Positions 1 to 12,983 of a DNA stretch of 64,000 bases are shown here, one piece after another. Under the pieces are notes generated by a model, which saw only the letters and a list, made by a program, of their open reading frames with translations, was not told where the DNA came from and did not search any database. The stretch lies in contig DAIDJL010000002.1 of assembly GCA_027450205.1 (NCBI GenBank), positions 93,758 to 157,757 on the forward strand. Reading direction: 5' to 3'. Within the stretch, counting starts at the first letter, position 1. Each line of letters starts with the position of its first letter. This stretch comes from Candidatus Parcubacteria bacterium. GTDB taxonomy: Bacteria > Patescibacteriota > Minisyncoccia > UBA6257 > 2-01-FULL-56-20. Position numbers and translations under genes: made by a program.

Positions 1-295
1 TCAAAGCGAGGCCTTGTTCTTTTTCAATATGCTCAATAACCTCAAAACAGATAATTGCATCAAATGAATTATCAGAAAAGGCAAGCTCGGCAAAATCAGA
101 TAAAAGATATTCATCGTGAATGCCTTTTTGCCTGCTCTCCTCCAAATATGGCTCGCAAGCATCGACGCCAACGGAATATATTTTCCGTATTTTTGTCAAT
201 ACAGAAGACCGGCCACATCCAAGATCAAGAACTTTCTTACATCCGCAAAGTTGGCGTTCAATATAACGATAATATATTTTTTTAAAAAAAGTCAT
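1..295 (-). CDS. Class I SAM-dependent methyltransferase (partial, runs off the window start)
   Basis: Not in the ORF track. Manual translation MTFFKKIYYRYIERQLCGCKKVLDLGCGRSS...GVDACEPY...FSDNSFDAIICFEVIEHI shows motif I (VLDLGCG). The start overlaps the stop of 292..1257 (ATGA). Confidence 0.85.
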   Translation of the reverse strand, partial: MTFFKKIYYRYIERQLCGCKKVLDLGCGRSSVLTKIRKIYSVGVDACEPYLEESRQKGIHDEYLLSDFAELAFSDNSFDAIICFEVIEHIEKEQGLAL

Positions 296-1257
296 TTTTC
301 TTTTTTGGTCAGAATAAGGCCCCAAGAGACAAGTGTTCTTCTAAGCCCTTCTTCAAAATCAATCTTCGGCTTCCAGCCAAGTTCTTTCTTTGCTTTCGCA
401 ACGTCAAGACAATATTTGTTTAGCTCTCCAGGGAGCTCGTGTCGCTGTACAATTCTTTTCTTCTTTCCTAGAAGCTTTGCGAGTGTCGCATAAAGATCAA
501 TAAGACCCTCCCTGCGGCCGGTTCCAACATTAAATATTGGATTTTTGTGCGATGCCGGAATTGTAATTGCACGCAAACTGATATCGACAACATCATCAAT
601 ATAGACGTAATCTCTCGTTTTTTTTCCATAAAATTCGGTCGGAGCTTCAGCATTTAAATCGCGGATATAAGCTGCCATTGCGCCCATAATTTGGCGGGGG
701 CCATAGACTGCAGCTGGACGCAAAATTACAAAGTCAATGCCGAAATTTCTTTTATAAAAATGAAGATATCCCTCAATGGTATATTTGGTTATCCCATAAG
801 GAGAACAAGGGTCATGGGACTCCGTTTCTTTTGTTGGAAAATGTACGGTATTGCCATAAATAAAACCTGAGGAAAAAAATATTATTTTTTTTATGCCATA
901 TTTCTTTGCTGCCTGGAGTATGTTAATCGAACCACGAAGATCGTCTATATTAATCAATGGATCCTTTACGGATCTTGGAACGCTTGAGTGATAGGCAAGG
1001 TGATAAATATAAGCGTCTTTATACCTCCGCATGAGTAGGTCGAGCTGCTTTCCATCCGCGATATTTATTTTATAAAAGCGCGCTTTTGGGTTTATATTTT
1101 CCTTACGACCCGTGGAAAGATCATCCACAATAATTACCTTCCCGCCCCTCGCAATAAGCGCATCCGCAATATGCGATCCAATGAAGCCGGCGCCGCCGGT
1201 TATAAGAAAAGTCTTTCCCCTGAGAGAGCGCGGTAATGTTATTCCAAATTTTAACAT
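292..1257 (-). CDS. NAD-dependent epimerase/dehydratase (UDP-glucose 4-epimerase-like)
   Basis: TGGAGFIG Rossmann motif, YGITK (YxxxK) and VYGPRQ. Confidence 0.9.
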   Translation of the reverse strand: MLKFGITLPRSLRGKTFLITGGAGFIGSHIADALIARGGKVIIVDDLSTGRKENINPKARFYKINIADGKQLDLLMRRYKDAYIYHLAYHSSVPRSVKDPLINIDDLRGSINILQAAKKYGIKKIIFFSSGFIYGNTVHFPTKETESHDPCSPYGITKYTIEGYLHFYKRNFGIDFVILRPAAVYGPRQIMGAMAAYIRDLNAEAPTEFYGKKTRDYVYIDDVVDISLRAITIPASHKNPIFNVGTGRREGLIDLYATLAKLLGKKKRIVQRHELPGELNKYCLDVAKAKKELGWKPKIDFEEGLRRTLVSWGLILTKKEK

Positions 1258-1367
1258 ATGGTAAATTGTACTTCTATTTAAAATATTTGAAAAGTAGTAT
1301 CAAAAGCTTAATAATATGCACCTTCCCAAATCACCACAAATCATCATTTTAGGATTATAATTGAACC

Positions 1368-2246
1368 ATGCCCAAGCCCGTTATCGCCGCTGTTATCGTT
1401 ACATGGAATCCCCTCCAATCGGATATCCTCGAATGTATAAAAAAACTCTTAAGCCAAGTCGATATTGTTATTTATAGCGACAATGGATCGAATACCGAAA
1501 CCAAAAAGCTCATCGTGGAGTTGGAAGCTGAACATAAAAAGATATCCTGCATCTGGAACGGCATTAATCTCGGGATTGCCACAGCACTTAACAATGGGGT
1601 TTCCTATGCAAAAAAAATGGGAGCAAATTGGATATTGACGCTCGACCACGATAGCGTGCCCGAAGATGGGATGATTTTCAAGATGCTTGACGCCTACGAG
1701 CGTCTTGGACAGGAAGAGAAAAATGCGACCGCAATCGTATGTCCCAATTTCATGCTTGCGAAAGGCATCGCGTACCCGGACTCCGCTCCCCGTCTTATCG
1801 AAACAAGTATCACTTCTGGCCAGTTGGTGAAAATGGATTTATTCGAAAAAATCGGCGGGTATGAAGATAAGCTCTTTATAGAATGCGTCGATCATGAATT
1901 TTGTTTCCATGCGCGCAAGGAAGGATATAAGATACTTCTCGTCCCGAACGCGATAATAAAACAAAGGATTGGAAATCCATCCGTAAAAAAAATATTCGGG
2001 AGGACGTTTACCGTCCCCCACTATAGCCCAGAGCGATATTATTATCAGCTTCGCAATACTATTTTCATTTATAAAAAATATCTCAAGACTGAATTGCCGT
2101 GGATCATAAAAAATATCCGCTCAACCATTTACTCATTAGGGAAGGTAGTATTTTATGAAAATGCCCCATTTAAAAAAATAAAATTTGCCGCATGGGGCAT
2201 TTTTGACGGGATGCGAGGAAAATTCGGGGAATTCAAAAATAGATAG
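1368..2246 (+). CDS. Glycosyltransferase family 2 (rhamnosyltransferase-like)
   Basis: VIVTWNP, DNGS, NLGIATALN, LDHDS, ITSG, LFIECVDHEF and RYYYQLRN motifs. Confidence 0.85.
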   Translation: MPKPVIAAVIVTWNPLQSDILECIKKLLSQVDIVIYSDNGSNTETKKLIVELEAEHKKISCIWNGINLGIATALNNGVSYAKKMGANWILTLDHDSVPEDGMIFKMLDAYERLGQEEKNATAIVCPNFMLAKGIAYPDSAPRLIETSITSGQLVKMDLFEKIGGYEDKLFIECVDHEFCFHARKEGYKILLVPNAIIKQRIGNPSVKKIFGRTFTVPHYSPERYYYQLRNTIFIYKKYLKTELPWIIKNIRSTIYSLGKVVFYENAPFKKIKFAAWGIFDGMRGKFGEFKNR

Positions 2247-2313
2247 AAAAACATTATTGCCGCAAAAATTAATATTTGGTATGCTGAGCAATGTATTCAG
2301 TAATAAAATATCC

Positions 2314-3081
2314 ATGAAAAAATCCTATTTAAGGAGGTCGCTGACGATGATAAAAGAAAATGGATTGGTCGCGTTCCTAAAAAAAGCATGGAGGGCCTTA
2401 CTTTCGCGATATGACTCATTAGGCCTCATACTTTATCCCCTGGCATATTTTAAAATTCCAAAAGCTGCACAAAAGATCAGCACTGCAACTTCTGCGGTAA
2501 ATTTTTCTTTTGATAAAATAGGCGGTATTATAGAACCAACACAGATAAGATGGGAGCTATCCTCGCTCGCCCAGATCGTTGAATCACTTCATCCACGTAT
2601 AATATTGGAGGTTGGTACTGCAAGAGGGGGAACCCTCTTCACATTCTCACGCCTAGCGAAAGATGATGCAATAATTATCAGCATCGATCTTCCCGGCGGA
2701 AATTTTGGCGGGGGATATCCGCAATGGAAGGAATCTCTTTATAAAAAATTTGCGGCTGGTTCACAAAAAATCTTCCTTCTCCGAGCCGATTCTCATAGCG
2801 ATCAGACGGTTAAAAAAATACGGGACATCCTCAGCGGACGGAAAATTGATTTTCTATTTATCGACGGTGATCATACCTATGAAGGTGTAGCGAAAGACTT
2901 TACTAGTTATTCTTCGTTTGTACGAGAAGGAGGAATTATCGCATTTCATGATATCCGATCCCCCGAACCGACATATGGAGTGCCTCGTTTATGGAGCGAA
3001 CTAAAACAACGTCATAGCTACAAAGAGTTTTTGATACCCGGAGGCGTAAATATGGGTATAGGCGTTCTGTTTATGAAATAA
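2314..3081 (+). CDS. Class I SAM-dependent methyltransferase (Methyltransf_24-like)
   Basis: LEVGTARGGT, FLFIDGDHTYEGV and GGIIAFHD. The start is chosen at MKKS to avoid overlap with the upstream gene. Confidence 0.85.
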   Translation: MKKSYLRRSLTMIKENGLVAFLKKAWRALLSRYDSLGLILYPLAYFKIPKAAQKISTATSAVNFSFDKIGGIIEPTQIRWELSSLAQIVESLHPRIILEVGTARGGTLFTFSRLAKDDAIIISIDLPGGNFGGGYPQWKESLYKKFAAGSQKIFLLRADSHSDQTVKKIRDILSGRKIDFLFIDGDHTYEGVAKDFTSYSSFVREGGIIAFHDIRSPEPTYGVPRLWSELKQRHSYKEFLIPGGVNMGIGVLFMK

Positions 3082-3106
3082 GTCGAAACGAAGCACCCCC
3101 CCGCTC

Positions 3107-3928
3107 TTATTTTTCTAATAGTTTTTCCGCCCAGCGTTTCTGCTCGATTAAGGACGCCGCTTCGGATCCTCCTCCAACGAAATGGGCGAATTTTCCGCAC
3201 ATATAAATTCCAACAAAAGGCGCGATTTCAAAAGTCGGGACGCGCGGATGTCCATATATTTCGGAGAATCGCAAAGCAAAATCTTGGGATCGATTGATCT
3301 TTATCCTCCCCCCGGTATCAAGCCCCCATGCTGGCAAAAAATTTGGTTTTCTTTTTTCGAGTGGCGCAAAATTGAAACATGCGAATCCCGCCCACCAGGC
3401 AAAATAGGGCTGCCAAAATCGATGAAAGGATCGATGGTATGATATGACGCCCCACGAATCGTAAAGGTTAAGATATGTGTTAATGGAGAGATCTTCGACC
3501 AACATTAAATCGGCATCCATGAATACAAATGCTCTTGGTTTGAATTTTTTAATAATATTCTCATAGATCCAGTTGAGTGCGAATCCATGTGATTGACTGC
3601 CATCCATGCCCGGATTCTTAGGGAGCCGCACATAGGATATCCCGTTCTCGATACAATACGTCATTATTTCTTTCGCCCGATCTTCCTTATTTGAATTATC
3701 GGCAACGAAATATTTATAAGTATCCCGCAAGTGCTTTCTAAGAAATCGATTCTGAAGATTGATAAGCTCGACGTCATTAAAAGCAATCACAAAAATAAAA
3801 AGTTGCGTGGTATCAGTAGGGGTAATGGATTCAAAAACGGCGGGTTGGTGTATATAACGCTTATTTGAAAAAGACGCTAAAAATAACTTAAAAAAAAATT
3901 TATAAAACTTTTTAAAAAAATCTTGCAT
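3107..3928 (-). CDS. Putative glycosyltransferase (GT-A fold)
   Basis: VADNS, SHGFALNW and FMDAD (DxD) motifs; lies in the glycan locus. Confidence 0.6.
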   Translation of the reverse strand: MQDFFKKFYKFFFKLFLASFSNKRYIHQPAVFESITPTDTTQLFIFVIAFNDVELINLQNRFLRKHLRDTYKYFVADNSNKEDRAKEIMTYCIENGISYVRLPKNPGMDGSQSHGFALNWIYENIIKKFKPRAFVFMDADLMLVEDLSINTYLNLYDSWGVISYHRSFHRFWQPYFAWWAGFACFNFAPLEKRKPNFLPAWGLDTGGRIKINRSQDFALRFSEIYGHPRVPTFEIAPFVGIYMCGKFAHFVGGGSEAASLIEQKRWAEKLLEK

Positions 3929-3969
3929 GATTTTTACCGTCTTGTTTTATTGAATCTAAAATGGTTTAT

Positions 3970-4683
3970 CTATTTCGTCCGCCCCGAAGCCCATGTTGCA
4001 CTTTTATAAAGGGATTCAAACGTACCGGCGTCAGACCAAAAACCATTGAGAATGCCGTAATGAAGATTGCCCTCTTCTAGATAAAAATTTTGGACATCGG
4101 TTATCTCTAGCTCATTTCTCAATGAAGGCTTTAGTGTTTTTATTTTTGAAAATACGTCGGAATCGTAAAGATAAAAACCAACTATCGCCAGATCTGACTT
4201 TGGCTCTTTTGGTTTCTCGATGACGTTCATAATTTTCCCATTCTTTATTTCCGCAACCCCAAAGCGCTTAGGGTCAGCGACGCTTTTTAGAAAAACCATA
4301 GCACCATTAAGAGTTTCGAACTTTCTTATATCCTCCAAAAAATTGTTCTCAAAAATATTATCACCTAAGATCACCGCGACCTTCTCATTACCTATAAAAT
4401 CCTCCGCAAGGCCAAGCGCCGCCGCGATACCGCCGGAATCATTTTGTAAGGCATAAGATAACTTTACGCCGTACTCCCTCCCCGAACCAAGAAAATTCAT
4501 AAAGTGGCCGCCGTGCTCCTTTCCACAGACAACCATAATATCCGTAACTCCAGATCGCTCCAGAGTCTCGATTGGATACAAAATCATCGGTTTGTCATAA
4601 ACCGGCAAAAGATGCTTATTGGTGATGAGCGTGAGCGGTACCAAGCGCGTGCCCATTCCCCCAGCCAAAATTACACCTTTCAT
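3970..4683 (-). CDS. Sugar-phosphate nucleotidyltransferase (glucose-1-phosphate thymidylyltransferase, RmlA/SpsI-like)
   Basis: GVILAGGMGTRLVPLT, NKHLLPVYDKPMI, EKP, RNELEITD and WSDAGT. Confidence 0.9.
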   Translation of the reverse strand: MKGVILAGGMGTRLVPLTLITNKHLLPVYDKPMILYPIETLERSGVTDIMVVCGKEHGGHFMNFLGSGREYGVKLSYALQNDSGGIAAALGLAEDFIGNEKVAVILGDNIFENNFLEDIRKFETLNGAMVFLKSVADPKRFGVAEIKNGKIMNVIEKPKEPKSDLAIVGFYLYDSDVFSKIKTLKPSLRNELEITDVQNFYLEEGNLHYGILNGFWSDAGTFESLYKSATWASGRTK

Positions 4684-4817
4684 AATAATTATAACTATAT
4701 ATCATTTCCTGAAAAAAAACAGAAGACGTATTCGTCATACCATAGCCCATATTGCAGATAGATCCTATGCGCGCCGGCGGGCAGAATTGCAAGGGTAATT
4801 TGTTGAAAAGACCTCTC

Positions 4818-5567
4818 CTACAACCGCATTGCATTTACAATATGATTTTCAGTATCATACGACACGCAATATCCGTTCCTCGCAAGAAAATCCATAAAAT
4901 GCGTTAAACCGAACTTACTATATTTAGCATGCCATTCAATTGCCATCGCCTCGATTTTCCTTAAGATGCCGGGCGGGTAGTTCAAAAGAGTCGCCTCTTC
5001 AGATCCTTCGCAATCCATTTTTATAAAATCGCATCGTTGGATTTTTTCAAGTGCTTTACCGAGCGAAATCGAAGGGAAATCCATGACCTCGCTACCAGCT
5101 GATGCATGGATGCTTGCTTCCTTATTCGTAGGATATATATACATTTTTACCGCCCCATCTTGGGCTCCTACGGCAACCGGGAATACATCGATGTCGCAAA
5201 GATTCATTTCCGCATTTTTCTTTATCGCCTCAACGTTACTTAACACCGGCTCAAATGCCAATACGCGAACATTCTTTGCCGCCTTTGAAGCTTTAATAGA
5301 AAATATGCCAATATTTGCGCCAATATCAAGAACAATAAAATTATCTTTGATTGGAAAAGTATCATAAGGGGCATCCATCCATATCTCCCTAATCATAGCT
5401 GCATCGCCGACCGGCTTTGGGAGGAGATAGCATATTCCATTGCGCAGATGAATAAATACATCTTTTTGCCTGAATGGGTGGAGACGAGCCCATAAATAAG
5501 CAATCGGATTGGAAATTTCTGCAGCGACCCACCGTATTTCCGCCAGCCTTCTTTTTATTTTTTTCAT
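4818..5567 (-). CDS. FkbM family methyltransferase
   Basis: LDIGANIG, AFEP and IKMDCEGSE. The start is moved to MKKIK. Confidence 0.9.
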   Translation of the reverse strand: MKKIKRRLAEIRWVAAEISNPIAYLWARLHPFRQKDVFIHLRNGICYLLPKPVGDAAMIREIWMDAPYDTFPIKDNFIVLDIGANIGIFSIKASKAAKNVRVLAFEPVLSNVEAIKKNAEMNLCDIDVFPVAVGAQDGAVKMYIYPTNKEASIHASAGSEVMDFPSISLGKALEKIQRCDFIKMDCEGSEEATLLNYPPGILRKIEAMAIEWHAKYSKFGLTHFMDFLARNGYCVSYDTENHIVNAMRL

Positions 5568-5595
5568 ATTTATAAGATTATGATTTAAAAAAATA

Positions 5596-6486
5596 TCATA
5601 CCGTTTCCCATCCTCGCGTAAGAGCCATTCCTTGTGCCTGTCCCGCAAGCCACTCCTTCGGCGCGATTACGATCTTCTCCGGATTCCGGTTCAGCCATGC
5701 CCCCCACCAGGAAAATGTACTGTTCGCGATGATATTGTGCTTGCATAACGACATAAGCTGGAGATGGTGGCTTGCCTTGGGTCCCTGGGAATTACGTTCC
5801 ACATATTCCACGGGAAACGCAGGCTTGATATTTTCTTTGCACCATGCAATGTCATCTGAAAAGATATAAAATGTAGGATTGTCCACTGTTGCCGCAATAG
5901 TATCGATGGCCCGACGGTAATAGTCGAGATTCGTCTCCCCATACATCTTTTGATATTTTGGGGCGACATAATCCGTTCGACGCACATGGAGCGAAACCGA
6001 GTTTTTCCTCTTGATATCTTCCGCGATCTGCACGGCGGCGCCGTCAAGCGGGTGGACAAAACGGAACGCCTCGCGCAATTCATCCTCGATGCCATCGAAA
6101 TATTTGGGCGACTGCCAAAATCCCCAGAGAAAAATTTCCTTCTTGCCGCTCACCACTTCCGGATCAAATGTGAACCCTTTTTTTTCCTTAAAAAATTTTC
6201 GTATGCCAAAGCCGCTCTTTATCGCCGCCACGGCAAGATCGATGCCAAGCCATATCCCGGGGATTGGAAAAGACGCGGATAGTTTTGAGAGCGAGGTCAA
6301 CGGCGCCACCACGTTAAAAATATCGAGGTCATACGTCCTCGGACTGAATGCCGGACGCGGGAAACGATCGTTCAAATAGACCGTATCAAGGACGAGCGGT
6401 ACGCCCCCTGCGCGCGCGGCCGCACGTCCCGCCGCATACTGAAACATCTGGTTCCCCAATCCTCCCCGTAAGGCGGCAATTACCAT
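5596..6486 (-). CDS. Alpha-1,2-fucosyltransferase (GT11)
   Basis: GGLGNQMFQYA, HVRRTDY, FSDD and NSTFSWWGAWL. Confidence 0.92.
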   Translation of the reverse strand: MVIAALRGGLGNQMFQYAAGRAAARAGGVPLVLDTVYLNDRFPRPAFSPRTYDLDIFNVVAPLTSLSKLSASFPIPGIWLGIDLAVAAIKSGFGIRKFFKEKKGFTFDPEVVSGKKEIFLWGFWQSPKYFDGIEDELREAFRFVHPLDGAAVQIAEDIKRKNSVSLHVRRTDYVAPKYQKMYGETNLDYYRRAIDTIAATVDNPTFYIFSDDIAWCKENIKPAFPVEYVERNSQGPKASHHLQLMSLCKHNIIANSTFSWWGAWLNRNPEKIVIAPKEWLAGQAQGMALTRGWETV

Positions 6487-6492
6487 TATTTT

Positions 6493-8419
<1,927 letters not shown>

Positions 8420-8450
8420 CGGATGTATCCTTCTCCTTCCCGTAGGAGTC

Positions 8451-9113
8451 CTACTTCTTCGTCGACGAAGCCGCTGCCGGAGTACTGGATGCCATTACCT
8501 TAAAGAGCGCCATCGCCTGCGCGATGCGCGTGTCGGTAGGCCAATTCTTAAGAATGGTCGTCCCGACCTCGAGCGTGCCGCTCACGTTATTCTCGGCGCG
8601 GTAGACGTCAAAGAGGCCGTAGAGCGATTGCGGACGGTTAGGACCGAGCGCCACGCCTTCCTGGTACCATTTCTGCGCTGCAATGAGGTACGTCGGATCA
8701 CCGGTCGTGGCGAATGCGATCTCGTTGATGGCGCCCTCCAAATAGAGATCCTGGCCAAAGCTCATGCCCTTGCCGGCGTTCAGGATCGGATCGTAATAGC
8801 TGTTAAGGTAGCCGATGAGCGCCGCAGTGGAGCTGGCATTGCCGCCCTGCTGGACGAACGAGAGCACGCTGTTCGCCATATTGCGCACCAGCTCTTCCTG
8901 GCCGATGGGCGACGGGGCGTCAAGCGGCACCGAAAGCTTGTTCTCAAGGTCCTGCAGCGAAGTTGCCTGGCCGCCCGGCGTCTGGAGCCCCTGCAGGGTG
9001 GCGATGAACATCTGCGCTTTCCGCATCGGCAGATATGAGCCGTAATACGCGATGCCCAAAATTGCCGCTACGATGATGACTGCCGCTACTCTTTGGTATG
9101 TTCGGTCTTCCAT
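8451..9113 (-). CDS. Membrane-anchored hypothetical protein with a TPR-like helical C-terminus
   Basis: N-terminal TM helix and a TPR-like stretch ([23 protein letters not shown]); follows the ligase gene. Confidence 0.65.
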   Translation of the reverse strand: MEDRTYQRVAAVIIVAAILGIAYYGSYLPMRKAQMFIATLQGLQTPGGQATSLQDLENKLSVPLDAPSPIGQEELVRNMANSVLSFVQQGGNASSTAALIGYLNSYYDPILNAGKGMSFGQDLYLEGAINEIAFATTGDPTYLIAAQKWYQEGVALGPNRPQSLYGLFDVYRAENNVSGTLEVGTTILKNWPTDTRIAQAMALFKVMASSTPAAASSTKK

Positions 9114-9120
9114 GGATGTG

Positions 9121-10758
9121 TTATTGCGCGTGCGCTGATTTTTTATGGACCGAGAAATAGTACGCCGCAAATGCGAGGAACAGGAAGAGGACGATATACA
9201 TCGGGAAGACGTCAAAGATGGCGATCCCCTGCACAAGATACGCGATCGGCAGGGCCACGATCAACCCTTTCTTTAACTCGGACGTTTCGTGCTTATGCGC
9301 ACCCTTGAAGAACTCCCAATAGAACATAAAGAAGACGGCAAGGTAGGCAAGAAGCCCAAGGACGCCGGTCTCCGTCAGGTAGTCAAAGTACACGCTGTGC
9401 GCGCGATCGAACCACGTCTCCGCGTTCTGGCCCGGCACGTAGAAGTTCGGATTGAAGAACTTGTCAAAGACCGGCGTAAAATTCTCCGGACCCCAGCCGA
9501 GTATCGGCCGCTCCAGGAATCCCTGCCATGCCTCGCCCCACACCCAGAAACGGGTCTGAGCGGTTGAATCCGTAGCGCTGATCCGCAACAACCTGGATTC
9601 CGGAAGATTCTGGATGCTTGACGCATAGTGGAAGGAGATGATGCCAGCTCCCACCACAATAACCCCAACAACCCCCAATATGATCCTGAAAATTTTGCGT
9701 GCGAGGGCGTTCTTTGAGAATGCCAGGCAGATAAGGAATACAAGAATGCCAAGGTTCGTTCCGACGACGATCGCTGAAACAAGACTGCCCGCAGTGCTAT
9801 GTCCGAGCATGGCTTTCTCCACTATGAAAGTTATGGCGAGAATAGCAAGAAATATTGATGCGGAAACCTTGCGCATGCGCGCGCCTTCCTGAAAGACCAG
9901 ATAGCCAAGCAGGACGAACATTCCGCCATCCAGCCCCAAAAATGCGCCGCGCGTCTGGCCGAGAATAAAGAAAAAGAAGAGAATTGCGATAAGAACGCCG
10001 TAGCCCCACGACTTGAGCTTCGTGAGCGTTCCCGCAAGCTTGCTTGAAAGCCAGAGGTACGCCGCAAAGAACATGGAGAAGATAAGGTACGGATCAACGT
10101 ATGCCGGATTGCCGAGCGACCCTTCAAAGCGCCCGTCAACAAGCTGGTGCCACCATCCTGCCGGCGGGGTGCTTCCCGCATACGGGCCGATAAAGCCCGC
10201 GACGCCGAAGTTCCCAAAGAGGCCGTAGATGATCATGATCCCCGCTGAAACGAGCGAGAACCGGAAGATATTCTTCCAATCCTTTTCGTCAACGAAGATG
10301 AGCACAAGGAGCAGGAAGAACAGATAGTAATGCAGCATCTGGAAACCGCCTTCGCCACGCTCGAAGTTTGACCAGAACGCCGCCTGGAAATCGTAGGCGA
10401 AAACGCTCGCGAGCTCGAAGATGGCCACGAAAACGCTGACGGCGATGACAAGGGGCTTATGGAAAAGCGCGATGATGCGGGCCTTCGCCTGACCCTTCTT
10501 TGCCTCAAACGCCCACCAGAGCACCATGCACGCAAGCGCCAATTCTACGACGAACCTGAAGAAAAAATCCTTCCCGCCGATGAAGGGGAAGAATATGGAA
10601 TTCATCACGATGATCACCGAGAATACGGCAATATAGAGATACCATTTTGCGATGCGCTCAAACGAAAACTTCATCAGTTTGGCAACGATGCCAAGGAGCA
10701 GGAGTCCCGCGATGACGGAAGCGGTGACGGGGTGGCTGAAAATAGTGTCGTTTATCAT
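9121..10758 (-). CDS. O-antigen ligase family protein (Wzy_C)
   Basis: Polytopic membrane protein with GSLGNP, TRGA, RPILGWGPENF and FDRAHS...ETGVLG. Confidence 0.88.
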   Translation of the reverse strand: MINDTIFSHPVTASVIAGLLLLGIVAKLMKFSFERIAKWYLYIAVFSVIIVMNSIFFPFIGGKDFFFRFVVELALACMVLWWAFEAKKGQAKARIIALFHKPLVIAVSVFVAIFELASVFAYDFQAAFWSNFERGEGGFQMLHYYLFFLLLVLIFVDEKDWKNIFRFSLVSAGIMIIYGLFGNFGVAGFIGPYAGSTPPAGWWHQLVDGRFEGSLGNPAYVDPYLIFSMFFAAYLWLSSKLAGTLTKLKSWGYGVLIAILFFFFILGQTRGAFLGLDGGMFVLLGYLVFQEGARMRKVSASIFLAILAITFIVEKAMLGHSTAGSLVSAIVVGTNLGILVFLICLAFSKNALARKIFRIILGVVGVIVVGAGIISFHYASSIQNLPESRLLRISATDSTAQTRFWVWGEAWQGFLERPILGWGPENFTPVFDKFFNPNFYVPGQNAETWFDRAHSVYFDYLTETGVLGLLAYLAVFFMFYWEFFKGAHKHETSELKKGLIVALPIAYLVQGIAIFDVFPMYIVLFLFLAFAAYYFSVHKKSAHAQ

Positions 10759-10820
10759 GTCAGATTATTGTAGCATACTCGTTCTTTTTTTGACCAGCAC
10801 CGCCGGACCGCCGGATCCCG

Positions 10821-12317
10821 CTAGCGCGCGTATTCCACGGCCCGCATCTCGCGGATCACATTTACCTTGATCTCGCCCGGATATTTGAGCTCCGTCTGTA
10901 TCTTGTTTGCGATCTCGCGCGCGAGCTCCAAAGCGCGGAAGTCGTCCACTTTTTCGGGGATCACGAAGACGCGCAATTCGCGGCCCGCGGCGATCGCGTA
11001 CGCGCTCTTTACGCCGGCGAAATCGCCCGCGATCTTCTCCAGGTCGGCAAGGCGCTTTACATAATTCTCCAGCGTACCGCGGCGGGCGCCGGGGCGCGCG
11101 GCCGACAGCACGTCTGCGGCGGTGACCACATACGCCTCGGGCCGCGCATACGGATAATCGTCGTGATGCGATTGCATCGCCTCCACGACGCGCTCGTCAA
11201 TGTTATATTTGCGCAGCAGCTTCATGCCGAGCTCCACGTGCGTGCCTTCCACTTCATGGTCGATCGCCTTGCCGATGTCGTGGAGCAGGGCTCCCTTCTT
11301 TGCCACTTCGGCGTTCAAGCCAAGCTCTCGCGCCATCATTTCGGCGATGTATGCCATTTCCGTCGAGTGGACGAGCACGTTCTGACCGTAGCTCGTGCGG
11401 AAGTGCAACCGCCCGATCATCTGTAAAAGCTCCTTCGGGAGGTCGAATATGCCGAGATCCTGCGCTGCGGCATCGCCGATCTCCTGCGTACGCTTGGCCA
11501 GGTCCGCTTTTGCCGTCTCCACGCTCTCCTCTATTTTTGCCGGCTGGATGCGGCCGTCCTTTACGAGCCGCTCCAGCGCAAGCCTTGCCACTTCGCGGCG
11601 GAACGGATCGAATGACGAAATGATGATCGCGTCCGGCGCCTCGTCTATGATGAATTCCACGCCGGTGGCGCGCTCAAGCGCGCGGATGTTGCGCCCCTCG
11701 CGGCCGATGATCTTCCCCTTCAGCTCTTCGTCGCCAAGCTGGAAAAGCGTCGTCGTCATCTCCGCCACGTGCGAGCGCGCGTAACGCTGGAGCGCTATCG
11801 TAATGATGTCATTGGCGCGCTTTTCCACCTCTTCGCGGTTTTCGCGGTCGATCTTTTGTATTGATTGCGCCAGGTCCTGCGAGCGGTCCTCTTTTGCGCG
11901 GCGCAAGATCTCTTCTTTCGCTTCCATCACAGAAAGTCCGCCGATCTTCTCCAGGCGCGACTCTATTTCTCCCTCTTTTTTGATGACCGCCTCTTCCTTT
12001 GCTCTCGCGCTTTCCTCTCTCGTGCGGAGCTTGCCCTCTTCCGCGGAAAGGTCCGCCAGCTTCTTATCCAGCGTCTCCTCGCGGTGCAAAACCCGCGCTT
12101 CAAGCGCATCGATCTCCTTGCGGCGGTCCTTTTCTTCGTTCTTTAGCTCCACCAAAAGCGAGGCAGCCTTCTCTTTTGCCTCTAAAACGATCTCTTTTGC
12201 TTTTGTCTCCGCCTCCGCAAGTTTATTTGCCCCCGAATATCTGCGCGCGAGATATCCCGCGACTCCTCCCACCGCCAAAAACACCACCGCGCTGAGCGCC
12301 ACGTATGTTATTTCCAT
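10821..12317 (-). CDS. rny: Ribonuclease Y
   Basis: N-terminal TM, coiled coil, KH domain (KGKIIGREGRNIR), HD domain (LLHDIGK) and AARPGAR. Confidence 0.97.
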   Translation of the reverse strand: MEITYVALSAVVFLAVGGVAGYLARRYSGANKLAEAETKAKEIVLEAKEKAASLLVELKNEEKDRRKEIDALEARVLHREETLDKKLADLSAEEGKLRTREESARAKEEAVIKKEGEIESRLEKIGGLSVMEAKEEILRRAKEDRSQDLAQSIQKIDRENREEVEKRANDIITIALQRYARSHVAEMTTTLFQLGDEELKGKIIGREGRNIRALERATGVEFIIDEAPDAIIISSFDPFRREVARLALERLVKDGRIQPAKIEESVETAKADLAKRTQEIGDAAAQDLGIFDLPKELLQMIGRLHFRTSYGQNVLVHSTEMAYIAEMMARELGLNAEVAKKGALLHDIGKAIDHEVEGTHVELGMKLLRKYNIDERVVEAMQSHHDDYPYARPEAYVVTAADVLSAARPGARRGTLENYVKRLADLEKIAGDFAGVKSAYAIAAGRELRVFVIPEKVDDFRALELAREIANKIQTELKYPGEIKVNVIREMRAVEYAR

Positions 12318-12623
12318 GATAATAATTGGTTCCCGAAAGTTTCATGATTTTAAGGACTTTTTGATTGCCTTTATGATAGCCCAAAATGAGGCCTGCGGTC
12401 AAGGAACTTTGACAGACCCTTTTGAATTGTTATTATAGTTAAGGATGTCAGTCCAGATCATTCAGCATTATGTTTGAATCTGCAAAGAGCCCGGCAACGG
12501 GTTTTTTGTTTTGTGGGAGAGATCCCACGCTGGGCGGACGATGTTCGAAGGATTTTTATGGCTTAATCAAAAAAACAAGAGCCCGCCAGGTTTCCCTGGC
12601 GGGGTGAGGCAACCTTTTGAATA

Positions 12624-12983
12624 TTAATCATTCGCAGGCTGCGTGTTTAAGGGTTCGACCTCGCTTTTGGCCTTCTTGTTCTGTTTCCAAAAGAAACCTG
12701 GTCGTATCACTGAGAAACCATCTCTCAGCAATATTGCCCATATTGCGAAAAGAAACACTCCAACCGTTCTCACGGCGTCGTGAAATTCGGGTGTCCGAAT
12801 CGGATGCACCCAACTGAATTCCACAGCGCCATACCACAAGAGTGGCGTGAAAACGTTTAATGCTAAAGCGATGAAGAAAACCCAGACTCGGATTTTCTGT
12901 AGGCGTTGATGTTGTTCCGCCCGCAGCCTACTCCGCTCCAGGCGTTCTTGTTGTCGAGTCAAAGTACTGCCTCCTTTGCCCAT
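12624..12983 (-). CDS. Hypothetical membrane protein
   Basis: 119-aa ORF with two hydrophobic segments, followed by a hairpin at about 12580-12605. Confidence 0.55.
   Translation of the reverse strand: MGKGGSTLTRQQERLERSRLRAEQHQRLQKIRVWVFFIALALNVFTPLLWYGAVEFSWVHPIRTPEFHDAVRTVGVFLFAIWAILLRDGFSVIRPGFFWKQNKKAKSEVEPLNTQPAND

Noticed and set aside
12320-12620. 6S RNA upstream of rny, as in some phyla
   Set aside because: I could not find a long rod-like fold, only two short terminator hairpins.
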